Shown: piece after piece, positions 17,061-27,280 of the stretch
Layout of the letters: each line of letters opens with the position of its first letter
Numbering within the stretch: position 1 is the stretch's first letter
Assembly (NCBI GenBank): GCA_964503955.1
Contig: CAZDCG010000001.1
Location: forward strand, 316,210 to 380,209
DNA from: an uncultured Gammaproteobacteria bacterium
Lineage (GTDB): Bacteria; Patescibacteriota; Patescibacteriia; VMEV01; CAYQCH01
Direction of reading: 5' to 3'
DNA length: 64,000 nt
Notes under the pieces: generated by a model
Told to the model about the DNA's origin: nothing
Database searches by the model: none
The model's input: only the letters and a program-made list of their open reading frames with translations
Position numbers and translations under genes: made by a program

Positions 17061-17975
17061 ATGAATCACGCAATCAAGCTTGAGAACCTTCAAAAAACCT
17101 ATCAATCAAAACGAGGTCCGGTAGAAGCACTGAAAAGCATCTCATTTTCCATTCAAGAAGGTGAGATTTTTGGTTTGCTCGGTCCAAACGGCGCAGGCAA
17201 AAGCACGCTGATCAATATTCTTGCCGGCGTTGTCGAAAAAACGTCCGGAACAGCTTCGGTGCTTGGAATCGATATTGATAAAGATCATGCGGCCGCAAAA
17301 AAGCTTTTAGGAATCGTGCCGCAGGAAATTTCATTTGATGCGTTCCTCTTTATTGAAGAAGCGCTTCGTTTTGAATTTGGCTACTATGGCCAGAAAGTGG
17401 ATGAAAAATACTTAACGGAAATCCTGCAAAAACTGACGCTTGACGATAAACGCCGCCAGGAACCGCGCGCGCTCTCAGGAGGCATGAAACGGCGCTTAAT
17501 GATCGCTCGCGCCTTGATGCACCGGCCAAAGGTTTTGATCTTGGACGAACCGACCGCCGGCGTTGATGTAGAGCTCCGCCATGAAATGTATGATCTTATT
17601 CGCAAACTGAACAGAGAAGGAGTAACGATCATCTTAACAACCCATTACCTGGAGGAAGTTGAGCTGCTCTGCGATCGCGTGGCCATTATCAATAAAGGAG
17701 AACTGGTCGCGCTTGATAAGAAGAATGATCTGAAAAACCGTTTCCAATCAAAACGTCAATTCTCCATCGCGCTCACGGATAACATCGCGGTTCCAACCGC
17801 CTTGCAGCGCTTCGAGCCGCAGTTCATGGATCATGAATTGCGTCTGTCGTTTGAAGAACATGAATACGCGGATGTGCTCAAAGCCGTTTCAGAAGCTAAA
17901 CTTCCTCTCTCGCATTTCTCCGTGATCGAACCAAGCATTGAAGATGTCTTCGTTAGTCTCACGGCCAAAAAATAA
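17061..17975 (+). CDS. ABC transporter ATP-binding protein
   Basis: Walker A GPNGAGKST, signature LSGGMKRRL, Walker B ILDEPTAGVD. Confidence 0.9.
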   Translation: MNHAIKLENLQKTYQSKRGPVEALKSISFSIQEGEIFGLLGPNGAGKSTLINILAGVVEKTSGTASVLGIDIDKDHAAAKKLLGIVPQEISFDAFLFIEEALRFEFGYYGQKVDEKYLTEILQKLTLDDKRRQEPRALSGGMKRRLMIARALMHRPKVLILDEPTAGVDVELRHEMYDLIRKLNREGVTIILTTHYLEEVELLCDRVAIINKGELVALDKKNDLKNRFQSKRQFSIALTDNIAVPTALQRFEPQFMDHELRLSFEEHEYADVLKAVSEAKLPLSHFSVIEPSIEDVFVSLTAKK

Positions 17976-18043
17976 CCGATGAACCGTTGCGAGCCGGTAT
18001 TGCGGATGAACCCGCACCCTGAAACTCGTAACCCGTATCCCCT

Positions 18044-18805
18044 ATGAATAAACGAGGTCTTTACACGCTATTCCGCAAAGAGGTCGCCCGTGTAACGGGC
18101 ATCTGGAGGCAAACCGTTATCGCACCTGTTATCACCAATATCCTTTTTCTGGTGATTTTTGGCGTGGCTCTCTCCGAGCAGGCTTCTTCCTTTGGCGAGT
18201 ATGGATACCTGGCTGTTCTCATCCCCGGTTTGATCGCCATGGGCATCATGACCAATGCCCTGCAAAATCCCATGGGTTCATTGATCATCGCCAAATACAG
18301 CAACAATATTTACGATATACTCATGCTCCCTCTGCATGGTTATGAGCTTGCGCTGGCTTATATCAGCGCGGGGCTGGTACGCGGCGTTATGGTAGGAGCG
18401 GCCACTTTGGTCGCGGGCATGTTCTTTGTTTCCGTTCCGTTCTCCCATCCATTCATCATCCTGATCTTTACGATTCTGCTTGGCATCATTTTCGCTTCCA
18501 TTGGATTGATCATTGGCATCGTCAATGATGATTTTGACAAAGCCAGCGTCATCCCTACCTTTGTGATCACTCCGCTCATTTATCTTGGCGGGGTATTCTA
18601 TTCCGTCAGCACGCTGCCGGGCATCTTTGGAACCATCTCAAAATTCAATCCGATTCTCTACTTTGTCGATGGCTTTCGCTATGGATTCCTGGGCGTGGGC
18701 GATGCACCCGTCTGGCTGTCGCTCCTTGTGACCGCTTCCATCGCCGCGCTCACATTCTCCATCGCCGCCTGGATGTTTCATACCGGGTATAAGTTGAAAT
18801 CGTGA
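18044..18805 (+). CDS. ABC-2 type transporter permease
   Basis: 6-TM permease immediately downstream of the ATPase. Confidence 0.8.
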   Translation: MNKRGLYTLFRKEVARVTGIWRQTVIAPVITNILFLVIFGVALSEQASSFGEYGYLAVLIPGLIAMGIMTNALQNPMGSLIIAKYSNNIYDILMLPLHGYELALAYISAGLVRGVMVGAATLVAGMFFVSVPFSHPFIILIFTILLGIIFASIGLIIGIVNDDFDKASVIPTFVITPLIYLGGVFYSVSTLPGIFGTISKFNPILYFVDGFRYGFLGVGDAPVWLSLLVTASIAALTFSIAAWMFHTGYKLKS

Positions 18806-18916
18806 TTTGATCCATTGCCATCCAAGGCGATTGGCCATGCTAAACCTATGTCTGCGTTTATAGATTAACGAGTGTACGCTAGAGAAATCCTCCGATTCCG
18901 TTTATACTATACTCAT

Positions 18917-19255
18917 ATGGCAAAATGGATCTCATTTCTAAGTCTTCTTCTGTTCAGCGGCGCGAGTTGCTCCATGGTTTCGGCTCCGCAGAAATTTGCC
19001 TGCGGGTATAATGGCCAGCGCTATGAAGTAGGCGCGCAATTCCCATCCACGGACGGATGCAATACCTGCACCTGCGGAGAGAATGGCCAGATCGCCTGCA
19101 CGCAAACAGCCTGCGCGAATGAGATTCTTGGGCAGACCTGTCAAACTGCAGCAGATTGCGCGAATTCAGGAATCGACACATCATTCTGTGCAAGCGGTGC
19201 GTGGACATGCCAGAATGCCCAGTGCGAATTCGCATGTGAAGAAGTCGCTTTGTAA
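18917..19255 (+). CDS. small secreted cysteine-rich protein (12 Cys), protease-inhibitor-like Cys spacing
   Basis: Signal peptide MAKWISFLSLLLFSGASC; core C-N-T-C-T-C-x3-G-x3-C-T-x3-C spacing resembles the pacifastin/VWC-type disulfide-knot pattern. Confidence 0.5.
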   Translation: MAKWISFLSLLLFSGASCSMVSAPQKFACGYNGQRYEVGAQFPSTDGCNTCTCGENGQIACTQTACANEILGQTCQTAADCANSGIDTSFCASGAWTCQNAQCEFACEEVAL

Positions 19256-19263
19256 ACACCCGC

Positions 19264-19734
19264 ATGCCGGCCAAGCAAGTCGAATTTGTTTTTGTCCTTG
19301 TCAGCCTTCGATCCCTCTATAATGTGGGATCGATTTTTCGTACAGCCGATGCCGTGGCAGCAAAAAAAGTCTATCTCACCGGCTTTACCGGCACGCCTAA
19401 ACAGAGCAAGGTTGCAAAAACCGCCCTTGGCGCGGAACAAAGCGTGCTTTGGGAGAAAGTACGCAGCACAAGCGAGCTCATCAAACGCCTGAAAAAAGAG
19501 GGATATGCTATCATTGGATTGGAACGGACAAACGACAGCCTTTCTGCGTTTGCCTGGACGCCCCCAGGGAAAATCGCCGTACTTTTAGGGAATGAAGAAC
19601 GCGGCCTTTCGCCAAGAATCCTCAAACTTTGCGACAACGTCGTACACCTGCCTATGCAGGGCATGAAAGAAAGCCTGAACGTATCGGTAGCTGCCGGCGC
19701 GATCGCCTATCTCATCCGCTCCAAAGAAGAGTAA
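19264..19734 (+). CDS. SpoU/TrmH-family RNA 2'-O-methyltransferase (TrmL-like size)
   Basis: SPOUT motifs LYNVGSIFRTADA, GNEERGLS, NVSVAAGAIAY. Confidence 0.8.
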   Translation: MPAKQVEFVFVLVSLRSLYNVGSIFRTADAVAAKKVYLTGFTGTPKQSKVAKTALGAEQSVLWEKVRSTSELIKRLKKEGYAIIGLERTNDSLSAFAWTPPGKIAVLLGNEERGLSPRILKLCDNVVHLPMQGMKESLNVSVAAGAIAYLIRSKEE

Positions 19735-19839
19735 TCTGCAATTATTATGGATATTCGCATTAAGATCGTGATGATCATCTCCGCGGCTGCGCTGCTTTTG
19801 CTTTCGATCGCCTGGATGGTCACGACCGCATCCTAACGT

Positions 19840-22179
19840 ATGAAACGTTTTTTTTGCCTCGCGCTATTTTTCTTCTTATTTGTTTTCATCCCGCAGGCAA
19901 ACGCGCAGCAGGAGGGGCAGCTGATTAAAGGTTCTTCTGCCACGGTATACTATCTTGCCGGCAATAAACGCTACGTTTTTCCAAATAGCCGCATCTATTT
20001 CAGCTGGTTTTCAAGCTTCTCTTCCGTGCAAACAATTTCAGACCAACAACTCCAGCAATATCCGCTTGGAGGCAATATCCATTACCGCCCCGGAACGCGC
20101 CTTGTAAAAATCACCAGCGATCCAAGAGTCTACGCGGTCGGTTTTGACGGAGACCTGTACCCGATCGCAAGCGAACAAGCGGCCATCGCGCTGTACGGTT
20201 CTGACTGGTCCAAACGCGTTGACGACCTGTCCGATGCTTTTTTCTCCGGGTATGAAATCAAGCCGAGCTTAGACGGAACAACTTATCCTCCTGGAACGGT
20301 CATTCGCAATACAGGGACCAAGCAGATGTATCTGCTGCTTGAAGAAAACGGACAAACCGTTTATCGAACCGTTTCAAGATCACTGGAAGACGATTTAGCA
20401 ATCTCCCCCGCGTATATTCATGAAGTGAACAGTTTGCCATATCAGCCCAGCCAAAGCACGCAAGATCTCTTATCATTCACCCGCCCTGTCCGCCTGACGA
20501 CAGCACAGCCGGGAACGGATCCCGCAGACGAACCGGTGATCAATCCCCCGTCTCAGCCATTGCCAGAAAAAGCAACCCTTTCTGTTTCCCGGCGGGGAGC
20601 ATCCGGGCTAAGGAAAATCATCAAAACTGCACCGCAGGCAGTCGCTTTCGAATTCACGCTCAAAGGCGATGCGGCTCATACCATGAACATCAGCGAAATC
20701 CCTCTGCGTTTTTATGTCGATGCCAATGACCAGGATAGCGACTTTCAACCGGGAATCGATACGGACGGCAATACGACCCGCTCCATTGACCAGTTGATCA
20801 AGAATATCCGCCTCGTTAACACGACGACAGGAGAACAGATCGCACAAATCCAGCAAGCATCCAATACGACTCTCAAAATACCAGTGAATATTTCATTGTC
20901 CCCGCAAAGCGAAGTACCGATTCAAGTGATCGTGTCCACGGTGAGCGTGCCTACTCCTGTCCCGCGTTTCTCCGTTGACGTTCTGACAAGCGAGATCGTT
21001 TTGAGCGTTCCAAGCGCGCAAACTGTTTCTATCAGCGGCGAATCTCCCCTGAATGGAGGAGTATCGCCAAAAACCTATGCCACCTTCACGGATCGCGGAA
21101 CATTCTCTATAGACGACGCCAACCGTCTCGCAAACGGCGTTCATTTCTTTGGAGAAACGATCACGCCGTTCACCTTAAAGCTCACCGCAACGGATGAAGG
21201 CGTGGAAGTGCGTACGCTCTCAATCGAATTAGCCGATGGCACCGATGATCCCCTGCTGGTCGAAGATCTGGATCTTATCTACGAACAGGACGGACAGACC
21301 ATCCGCGCGGAATACGACCGCTTTGAAAATAATTCGCTCTATGTCTTCACCAATCTTGATCTCTTCATCGAAGCGGGACAGACCATTGACGTAGCGATTG
21401 AAGCGCGTTTCGCGCCGTATACAAGAACGTTAAGCGATAAGCGCGTGCAATTCGCCTTCGCCAGAGATTATTTCTTCGCGACTGCCGAACATAGCCGATT
21501 CTTCTTCAGCTCAACGTCCTTTGGCAGCGCCGCCACGGACCGCACAGCGGCGGGACCGGTACATCGTTTGCGTAATAGCCTGCCGGTCTTTGACCGCGGC
21601 ACGGAAACGCCAAGCGGATCAAAAAACCGGTTTTCGTCAACACATTTGCTGACATTTTCCGCCCAGGCAATGCATAATCCTGTTTGGATCCATAAACTCT
21701 CCTTCCGGGTGGACACAAATAATGCCGGCACAGCAGGGCCCGACAATGATTTGCTTGAAAAATTGGCCAAATTGCAGCCATTTCAGGCCTCAAAACTCTA
21801 TCTGCAGAACGAGAATGCAGACGGGGGCCGCGTCCAAAGAACGGCAGAAGGCGTGACATTTGGGGTATTCCGCCCCTCTGTAGGGCTTATCACCGACTTG
21901 AGCGGATATGAAAGCAAAGTTGGTGATTACGGAATTTTTGTCTATAATTTTGGCACGGCTCCTTTTCAGCTAAGTACAGTTCAAAAATCGGTTTTCGAGT
22001 TTGAAATGGATACGTCCATTATTCCCGGCGATGTCGCGGCAAATGTCCGAGTCACGGTAATGGGCGCTTCCGATTTCTCCTGGGATGACGGCTCAAGAAT
22101 TCTGGCCAACGGATCCATCGTTCCCACATTGCCGTATGCGGGAGCAAATATATCGTTCAGCCGCCTCTTTTTACCTTAA
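19840..22179 (+). CDS. large secreted/surface protein, hypothetical
   Basis: 779 aa; signal peptide ending ...IPQANAQ; no recognised domain. Confidence 0.55.
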   Translation: MKRFFCLALFFFLFVFIPQANAQQEGQLIKGSSATVYYLAGNKRYVFPNSRIYFSWFSSFSSVQTISDQQLQQYPLGGNIHYRPGTRLVKITSDPRVYAVGFDGDLYPIASEQAAIALYGSDWSKRVDDLSDAFFSGYEIKPSLDGTTYPPGTVIRNTGTKQMYLLLEENGQTVYRTVSRSLEDDLAISPAYIHEVNSLPYQPSQSTQDLLSFTRPVRLTTAQPGTDPADEPVINPPSQPLPEKATLSVSRRGASGLRKIIKTAPQAVAFEFTLKGDAAHTMNISEIPLRFYVDANDQDSDFQPGIDTDGNTTRSIDQLIKNIRLVNTTTGEQIAQIQQASNTTLKIPVNISLSPQSEVPIQVIVSTVSVPTPVPRFSVDVLTSEIVLSVPSAQTVSISGESPLNGGVSPKTYATFTDRGTFSIDDANRLANGVHFFGETITPFTLKLTATDEGVEVRTLSIELADGTDDPLLVEDLDLIYEQDGQTIRAEYDRFENNSLYVFTNLDLFIEAGQTIDVAIEARFAPYTRTLSDKRVQFAFARDYFFATAEHSRFFFSSTSFGSAATDRTAAGPVHRLRNSLPVFDRGTETPSGSKNRFSSTHLLTFSAQAMHNPVWIHKLSFRVDTNNAGTAGPDNDLLEKLAKLQPFQASKLYLQNENADGGRVQRTAEGVTFGVFRPSVGLITDLSGYESKVGDYGIFVYNFGTAPFQLSTVQKSVFEFEMDTSIIPGDVAANVRVTVMGASDFSWDDGSRILANGSIVPTLPYAGANISFSRLFLP

Positions 22180-22187
22180 TTCATTCA

Positions 22188-22895
22188 TTGTTAACCTTCT
22201 TGTCTATGGAACCGAACTATCTTGGAGCGTTCGCCGCGACCGTGGTCGAATCGTTCCTGACCGTTTGGGAGGGTCTCCTACGGCTTCTTCCAAATATTCT
22301 GGCAGCGCTTGTCGTGCTCATTCTGGGCTGGCTGGCCGCCTCGGTGCTTGGAAAAATTGTGCGCCGTGCCGTTGAATTCACCAAAGTCGACGAAGTCATC
22401 GACAAAGCCGGTCTTGATAAAAGCATGGCTGATGCCGGGCTAGACTTTAATCTGGCCAGACTGATTGGCTGGCTCGTGAAATGGTTTGTCATTGTGGTGG
22501 TTCTCATCGCCGTGGCGGAAATCCTGCGTCTCAGCCAGATTACGCAGTTTCTTGAAACGATTGCCTACTATATTCCAAATATCATCATCGCCGTCGTGAT
22601 TCTGCTCGTCGGTCTGGTGCTTGGAAACTTCGTGCACAAAGTCGTCCTTAAATCCGTTCAGGCCAGCCAGATCGGCACAGCCGCCGGATTTTTGGCAACA
22701 TTGGCGAAATGGTCCATTTTCGTCTTCGCGCTTTTAGCAGCACTCACGCACCTGAAAATCGCGCAGGAATTGATCAATACCCTCTTTATGGGGCTTGTGG
22801 GCATGCTCGCTTTAGCCGGCGGTTTGGCGTTTGGTCTTGGTGGAAAAGATGCCGCGCGGGAATTTATTGACAAGATGAAACGGGAGATCAAGTAG
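22188..22895 (+). CDS. membrane protein with conserved TM-helix repeats (MscS-associated TM_helix family)
   Basis: Repeated ~25-aa amphipathic/TM units (LVVLILGWLAASVLGKIVRRAV... / VILLVGLVLGNFVHKVVLKSV...), as in YnaI N-terminal repeats. Confidence 0.55.
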   Translation: MLTFLSMEPNYLGAFAATVVESFLTVWEGLLRLLPNILAALVVLILGWLAASVLGKIVRRAVEFTKVDEVIDKAGLDKSMADAGLDFNLARLIGWLVKWFVIVVVLIAVAEILRLSQITQFLETIAYYIPNIIIAVVILLVGLVLGNFVHKVVLKSVQASQIGTAAGFLATLAKWSIFVFALLAALTHLKIAQELINTLFMGLVGMLALAGGLAFGLGGKDAAREFIDKMKREIK

Positions 22896-22929
22896 TTTCA
22901 TCGCAATAAGCAACTCACTCCAAAACGAA

Positions 22930-22972
22930 TCTAGACTAGCTAGATTCTCCAGACCCGGGCATGAGGCTCGGG
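22930..22972 (+). terminator. rho-independent terminator (agacccg...cgggtct + TTTGTTT)
   Basis: Hairpin plus T-run ~40 nt after the 22188..22895 gene. Confidence 0.5.
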
Positions 22973-23157
22973 TCTTTGTTTATGAAAGATAGGTGGTAAT
23001 TGGCCCCAGCCTGGCCCATCTGGCGCCTATCGTCTAAATCGAGACTAAGCAGCTCGATGTGCAGATATGATCGCTGCGATCTAAACATGTCCCTACTAAG
23101 CCGATTTTTCCCGGCTTTGTAAAGTTCCGCACTGTAAATAGCTCTGTTACAATGACC

Positions 23158-23697
23158 CTACGCGCGGATTTCCGCGTCTTTGAAAATACGGCTGCCAACG
23201 GTCTTTTCCTGGCCCTGATATTTGCCGCGATACGGTTCCAGGGCCGGCTTGTCCATTTTGCAGAAAACGAGCTGGCAGATACGGCGGCCGGATTGTAGCT
23301 TGATTGGCAATGAGCTTGCATTGTACAGCTCAAGCGTAATGCGTCCTTCAAAACCCGCGTCCACCCAGCCGGCATTCTCAATGAAAAGTCCCATGCGGCC
23401 GATAGAGCTGCGGCCTTCCACAAAGGCGGTCACGTCATCTGGCAGCTTGATATATTCCATGGTTGTGGCCAGCAGAAATGACTTTGGCGGAATGGTAATG
23501 GAGTCGGCTTCGATCTCGCGGTACGTGATTTCGGTGTCGAGCGTGATGATTTCCATCCCCTTGTCTTCCACGTCAAGAAAATGCGTGCCGAGCCGGCAGT
23601 CAATCGAACTGCATTGAATCGATTCGGGCGTAAGCGGATCAACCACGAGTTTCTTTTCCTCCATCAGCTGTTTAAGTGTTCCATCTGAGAGCACCAT
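23158..23697 (-). CDS. dcd: dCTP deaminase
   Basis: ...VEGRSSIGRMGLFIENAGWVDAGFEGRITLELYN... is canonical Dcd; start chosen at the internal MVLSDGT. Confidence 0.85.
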   Translation of the reverse strand: MVLSDGTLKQLMEEKKLVVDPLTPESIQCSSIDCRLGTHFLDVEDKGMEIITLDTEITYREIEADSITIPPKSFLLATTMEYIKLPDDVTAFVEGRSSIGRMGLFIENAGWVDAGFEGRITLELYNASSLPIKLQSGRRICQLVFCKMDKPALEPYRGKYQGQEKTVGSRIFKDAEIRA

Positions 23698-23773
23698 ATG
23701 TTGTAGTCTCAATTTCAAGTCTAGAAAGATAGTACTCAATAAGTTTCGTTTGAGCAACTAACCCAAGCATAGT

Positions 23774-24703
23774 ATGCGACAATATCTCGATTTGCTCCAG
23801 CATATTCTCGACCACGGCACGGAAAAAGACGATCGCACCAAAACAGGCACAAAAAGCCTTTTCGGCTATCAAATGCGCTTTAATCTTGAAGACGGCTTCC
23901 CCTTGGTGACGACGAAAAAAACCTATCTGAAAGCCATCATCCATGAACTCTTATGGTTCCTTCAAGGCGAAACGAATATCCAGTACCTCGTAAAGAATGA
24001 CGTGAAAATCTGGAACGAATGGGCGTATCAAATTTATTTGGAAGAAAACAATCTGCTTGAACAGTATCCTCGTTATTCCGATGCCTGGAAAGCGCACCAG
24101 GAAGAATGGGTGGAACGCATGAAAACCGACGCTGCTTTTGCCAAGCAATGGGGCGAGCTTGGGCCCATTTACGGAAAACAGTGGACGCGCTGGGAAAACA
24201 GCAAAGGAGAAGAAATCAATCAGATTCAGAATGTAATTGATCTCATTAAGAATGATCCCACCTCGCGCCGCATTATTGTCAGCGGCTGGAATGTGGGTGA
24301 AATTCAGGAGCTGATCAGAAACCATCATCATGCTCCGCCTCCATGCCATACCCTTTTCCATTTCATGGTGATCAACGGCAAGCTTTCCTGCCAGCTCTAC
24401 CAACGCAGCGCGGACGTTTTTCTGGGCGTGCCGTTTAATATCGCTTCCTACGCGCTGCTTACCATGATGATCGCCCAGGTAACCGGGCTGAAACCCGGCG
24501 AATTCGTGCATACGTTTGGCGATGTCCATATCTACAAGAATCACATGGACCAGGTCAAAGAACAGCTCAGCCGCGAACCGCGCCCGCTGCCAAAAATGAT
24601 CATCAATCCGGAGGTAAAGGACATTTTCGGTTTCACGTACGAAGACTTCAAGCTTGAAGGATACGATCCGCATCCGCCGATTAAAGCGCCTATCGCCGTT
24701 TAG
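23774..24703 (+). CDS. thyA: thymidylate synthase
   Basis: [39 protein letters not shown] active-site region of ThyA. Confidence 0.95.
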   Translation: MRQYLDLLQHILDHGTEKDDRTKTGTKSLFGYQMRFNLEDGFPLVTTKKTYLKAIIHELLWFLQGETNIQYLVKNDVKIWNEWAYQIYLEENNLLEQYPRYSDAWKAHQEEWVERMKTDAAFAKQWGELGPIYGKQWTRWENSKGEEINQIQNVIDLIKNDPTSRRIIVSGWNVGEIQELIRNHHHAPPPCHTLFHFMVINGKLSCQLYQRSADVFLGVPFNIASYALLTMMIAQVTGLKPGEFVHTFGDVHIYKNHMDQVKEQLSREPRPLPKMIINPEVKDIFGFTYEDFKLEGYDPHPPIKAPIAV

Positions 24704-25232
24704 TATGAAACCCAAAGTCACCTTAATCATGGCCATGACGGCGGACGGCTTTATCACCAAGCATGAAGACGGCCTCGTGAACTGGACCTCCAAAGAAGAT
24801 AAAAAACATTTCTCCGAGCATACCAAACGCATCGGAGCCATGATCTATGGCAACGCGACGTTTAAAACGTTTAATAAGCCGCTGCCGGGCCGGCTGAACA
24901 TAGTCATGACAAGAACACCGGAGAAGTTTACGCCTATCCCGGGCCAGCTTGAATTCAACAATGCCGCGCCGGCCGAGCTTGTCAAAGAGCTTGGCGAACG
25001 CGGCTACAAAGAAATCGCGCTTACCGGCGGAAGCGACATCAACGCGCTTTTTCTCAAAGAAGATCTGGTCGACGAAATTATCCTCACGATTGAGCCTCTG
25101 CTTTTTGGCAGCGGCAAATGTTTATTTGCTCCCCTCAAAACCGAGAAACAGCTTGAGCTGGCTGCCATTGATAAACTCAATGCGAATACCATCGCTCTTC
25201 ACTACAAAGTAAAACGCCAGCATGCAAGTTAA
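24704..25232 (+). CDS. folA: dihydrofolate reductase
   Basis: KVTLIMAMTADGFI...GRLNIVMTR... DHFR motifs; ATG overlaps the thyA stop (classic thyA-folA coupling). Confidence 0.8.
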
Positions 25233-25653
25233 TATCCACCGCATTGATAAATCTTTGCCCTTGCCCGAGTACCATTCAGCGGGAGCAGCCGCATTTGACC
25301 TCTATAGCCGGATTGACATTGTCTGCCCGCCGCAGGCAATCACGCGGATTCCAACCAATCTGATCATTGAAACGCCGGAGGAATACGCGCTCATTGTCGC
25401 GCTGCGCTCAAGCAGCCCCAAACGCAAAGGATTGCTGCACCCGGCCGGCCCAGGCATTGTTGATTCCGATTACCGCGGCCCTGAAGACGAAGTGCATGTG
25501 CAGGTTTACAACTTTACCGATCAGGAAGTCACGATTGAAAAAGGCGAGCGCTTCGCCCAGGCCATGTTTACCCCCGTTCCTAAAGTAACCTTTAACGAAA
25601 TCGACCAGGTCTCTTCGCAATCACGCGGCGGCTTTGGATCAACCGGAGTATGA
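25222..25653 (+). CDS. dut: dUTP diphosphatase
   Basis: AGAAAFDLY, GIVDSDYRG, RFAQ motifs of trimeric dUTPase. Confidence 0.9.
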   Translation: MQVNIHRIDKSLPLPEYHSAGAAAFDLYSRIDIVCPPQAITRIPTNLIIETPEEYALIVALRSSSPKRKGLLHPAGPGIVDSDYRGPEDEVHVQVYNFTDQEVTIEKGERFAQAMFTPVPKVTFNEIDQVSSQSRGGFGSTGV

Positions 25654-25709
25654 AATTAGGTCTGTAGCCTTTGCCTACAGCCTACGACCTACTGCCTATC
25701 ACCTGATTT

Positions 25710-26855
25710 ATGGCTTCAGACGATCTCCTCTCCCGCTTTGACGCTTTGCTCGCGCCCTATGCCGTGCACAATGCAGGCGACCATCACCGCGCGTACAAAG
25801 AAGACGCACATCCCGACAAACTGCCGTTCGCGCGCGACCGGGATCGTATCGTGCATTCCAAGGCATTTCGCAGACTCAAACATAAAACCCAGGTAATCGT
25901 CAGCCCAAAAGACGATCATATCCGCGACCGCTTAACTCATAGCCTTGAAGGGGCCCAGATCGCGCGCAGCCTTTGCCGTTCCCTGCGGCTCAACGAAGAT
26001 CTAGCGGAAGCGGCCATCCTTGCCCATGATCTTGGCCATCCCCCGTTCGGCCATGAAGGCGAATACGCGCTGCATGAAATGCTTGAGCCGCTCGGATTTG
26101 CTTTTGATCATAATGCTCATGGCGAGCGCATCGTTACCTTGCTTGAGAAACAATATCCGGATTTTCCCGGATTGAACCTGACGCGTGAAACGCTGGCGGC
26201 TATTCGCAAACATCACGTACCGTGGGAAGATCCAAAAGCCACGCTGCCGCACCAGGCAAGCATTGAAGCGCAAATCGTCAATCTCGCGGATGAAATCGCC
26301 TACTACTCGCATGATATCGACGACGGGCTGCGCGCGCATTTGCTGAGAATCGAAGACCTGCTTGAATTGCAGATCGGCCGGGCCGTGCACAAAGTGATTG
26401 AAAAGCGCTATCCAAACCTTACGACCCATGACCGGCTCTATCGGCCGCAATTCGTCCGTTTCGTGATCCACCTGCTGATTGCTGACATTGTCAAAACAAC
26501 GGAACGGAATGTGCGCGACAAACAAATCTCTTCTCTGGCTGATGTCTACGCGCTTGATCATCCGGTCGCATCCTACAGCAAGCAGATGGATGACATGACC
26601 CAGGAACTGAGAAACTACCTGTATAAAACGTTCTATAGCTCTGAACCCGTTCGACGTTTCACGCAAGAAGGCCGCGAGCTTTTGCAGGAATTGTTTACGC
26701 AGCTCTATCAACGCCCGGAACATCTTCCCCAGCATATCCGCGAGCAGATCGACACCCTTGAACCGCGAGCCATTGTGGTCAAAGACTATATCGCGGGCAT
26801 GACCGACCATTTTGCCAAGGAGATGGTGTATAAGTTGAGAGGAAGCTTGGTATGA
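25710..26855 (+). CDS. dgt: dGTPase-like HD-domain triphosphohydrolase
   Basis: HSLEGAQIARSL...HDLGHPPFGHEGE HD motif of the dGTP triphosphohydrolase family. Confidence 0.85.
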   Translation: MASDDLLSRFDALLAPYAVHNAGDHHRAYKEDAHPDKLPFARDRDRIVHSKAFRRLKHKTQVIVSPKDDHIRDRLTHSLEGAQIARSLCRSLRLNEDLAEAAILAHDLGHPPFGHEGEYALHEMLEPLGFAFDHNAHGERIVTLLEKQYPDFPGLNLTRETLAAIRKHHVPWEDPKATLPHQASIEAQIVNLADEIAYYSHDIDDGLRAHLLRIEDLLELQIGRAVHKVIEKRYPNLTTHDRLYRPQFVRFVIHLLIADIVKTTERNVRDKQISSLADVYALDHPVASYSKQMDDMTQELRNYLYKTFYSSEPVRRFTQEGRELLQELFTQLYQRPEHLPQHIREQIDTLEPRAIVVKDYIAGMTDHFAKEMVYKLRGSLV

Positions 26856-27280
26856 CGGGTACAAATCACCAATCGGATACAAATTTACAAATATCCGGCG
26901 GGAAAGTCATTCACAAAGAACTAAGTTATACGATCGTAGGAATCCTGTTTGATGTTTACAATGAGCTTGGATATGGGCATAAAGAGAAGTATTATGAAAA
27001 CGCAATTGCCGTTGCTTTTGATACGAGGGGGATTAGTTATGAAAGACAAAAAAGAACGCCACTTTTCTTTCAAAATGCAAAAATAGGTGATTATTATTTA
27101 GATTTTCTCGTAGAAGAGAAAATTGTTTTAGAATTAAAGCGGGGAAATCGTTTCCCAAAATCACACATTGATCAAGTTATGGGTTATCTGAAACAGACGG
27201 GACTTCAACTGGCCATTCTCGCGACATTTTCTGTTGACGGTGTTAAGTTTCTAAGAGTTCTAAATGGAGTTAAAGAGTAG
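26852..27280 (+). CDS. GxxExxY family protein (PD-(D/E)XK-like; rRNA-IVS-associated family)
   Basis: ...ELSYTIVGILFDVYNELGYGHKEKYYENA...YYLDFLVEEKIVLELK... matches the GxxExxY family; the gene is bounded by ~36-bp terminal inverted repeats. Confidence 0.8.
   Translation: MTGTNHQSDTNLQISGGKVIHKELSYTIVGILFDVYNELGYGHKEKYYENAIAVAFDTRGISYERQKRTPLFFQNAKIGDYYLDFLVEEKIVLELKRGNRFPKSHIDQVMGYLKQTGLQLAILATFSVDGVKFLRVLNGVKE
26858..26895 (+). repeat. Left terminal inverted repeat of the GxxExxY cassette (gggtacaaatcaccaatcggatacaaatttacaaat)
   Basis: Reverse complement of 27280-27315 with 3-4 mismatches; near-identical copy at 48427-48460. Confidence 0.8.

Noticed and set aside
19753-19839. 29-aa hydrophobic mini-ORF (MDIRIKIVMIISAAALLLLSIAWMVTTAS) between the TrmH-like gene and the large secreted protein
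   Set aside because: It is plausible as a tiny membrane peptide, but it is too short to support without conservation or ribosome-profiling evidence.
23034-23423. 129-aa minus-strand ORF overlapping the dcd 3' end
   Set aside because: It overlaps the confidently identified dCTP deaminase in another frame and has no start context.
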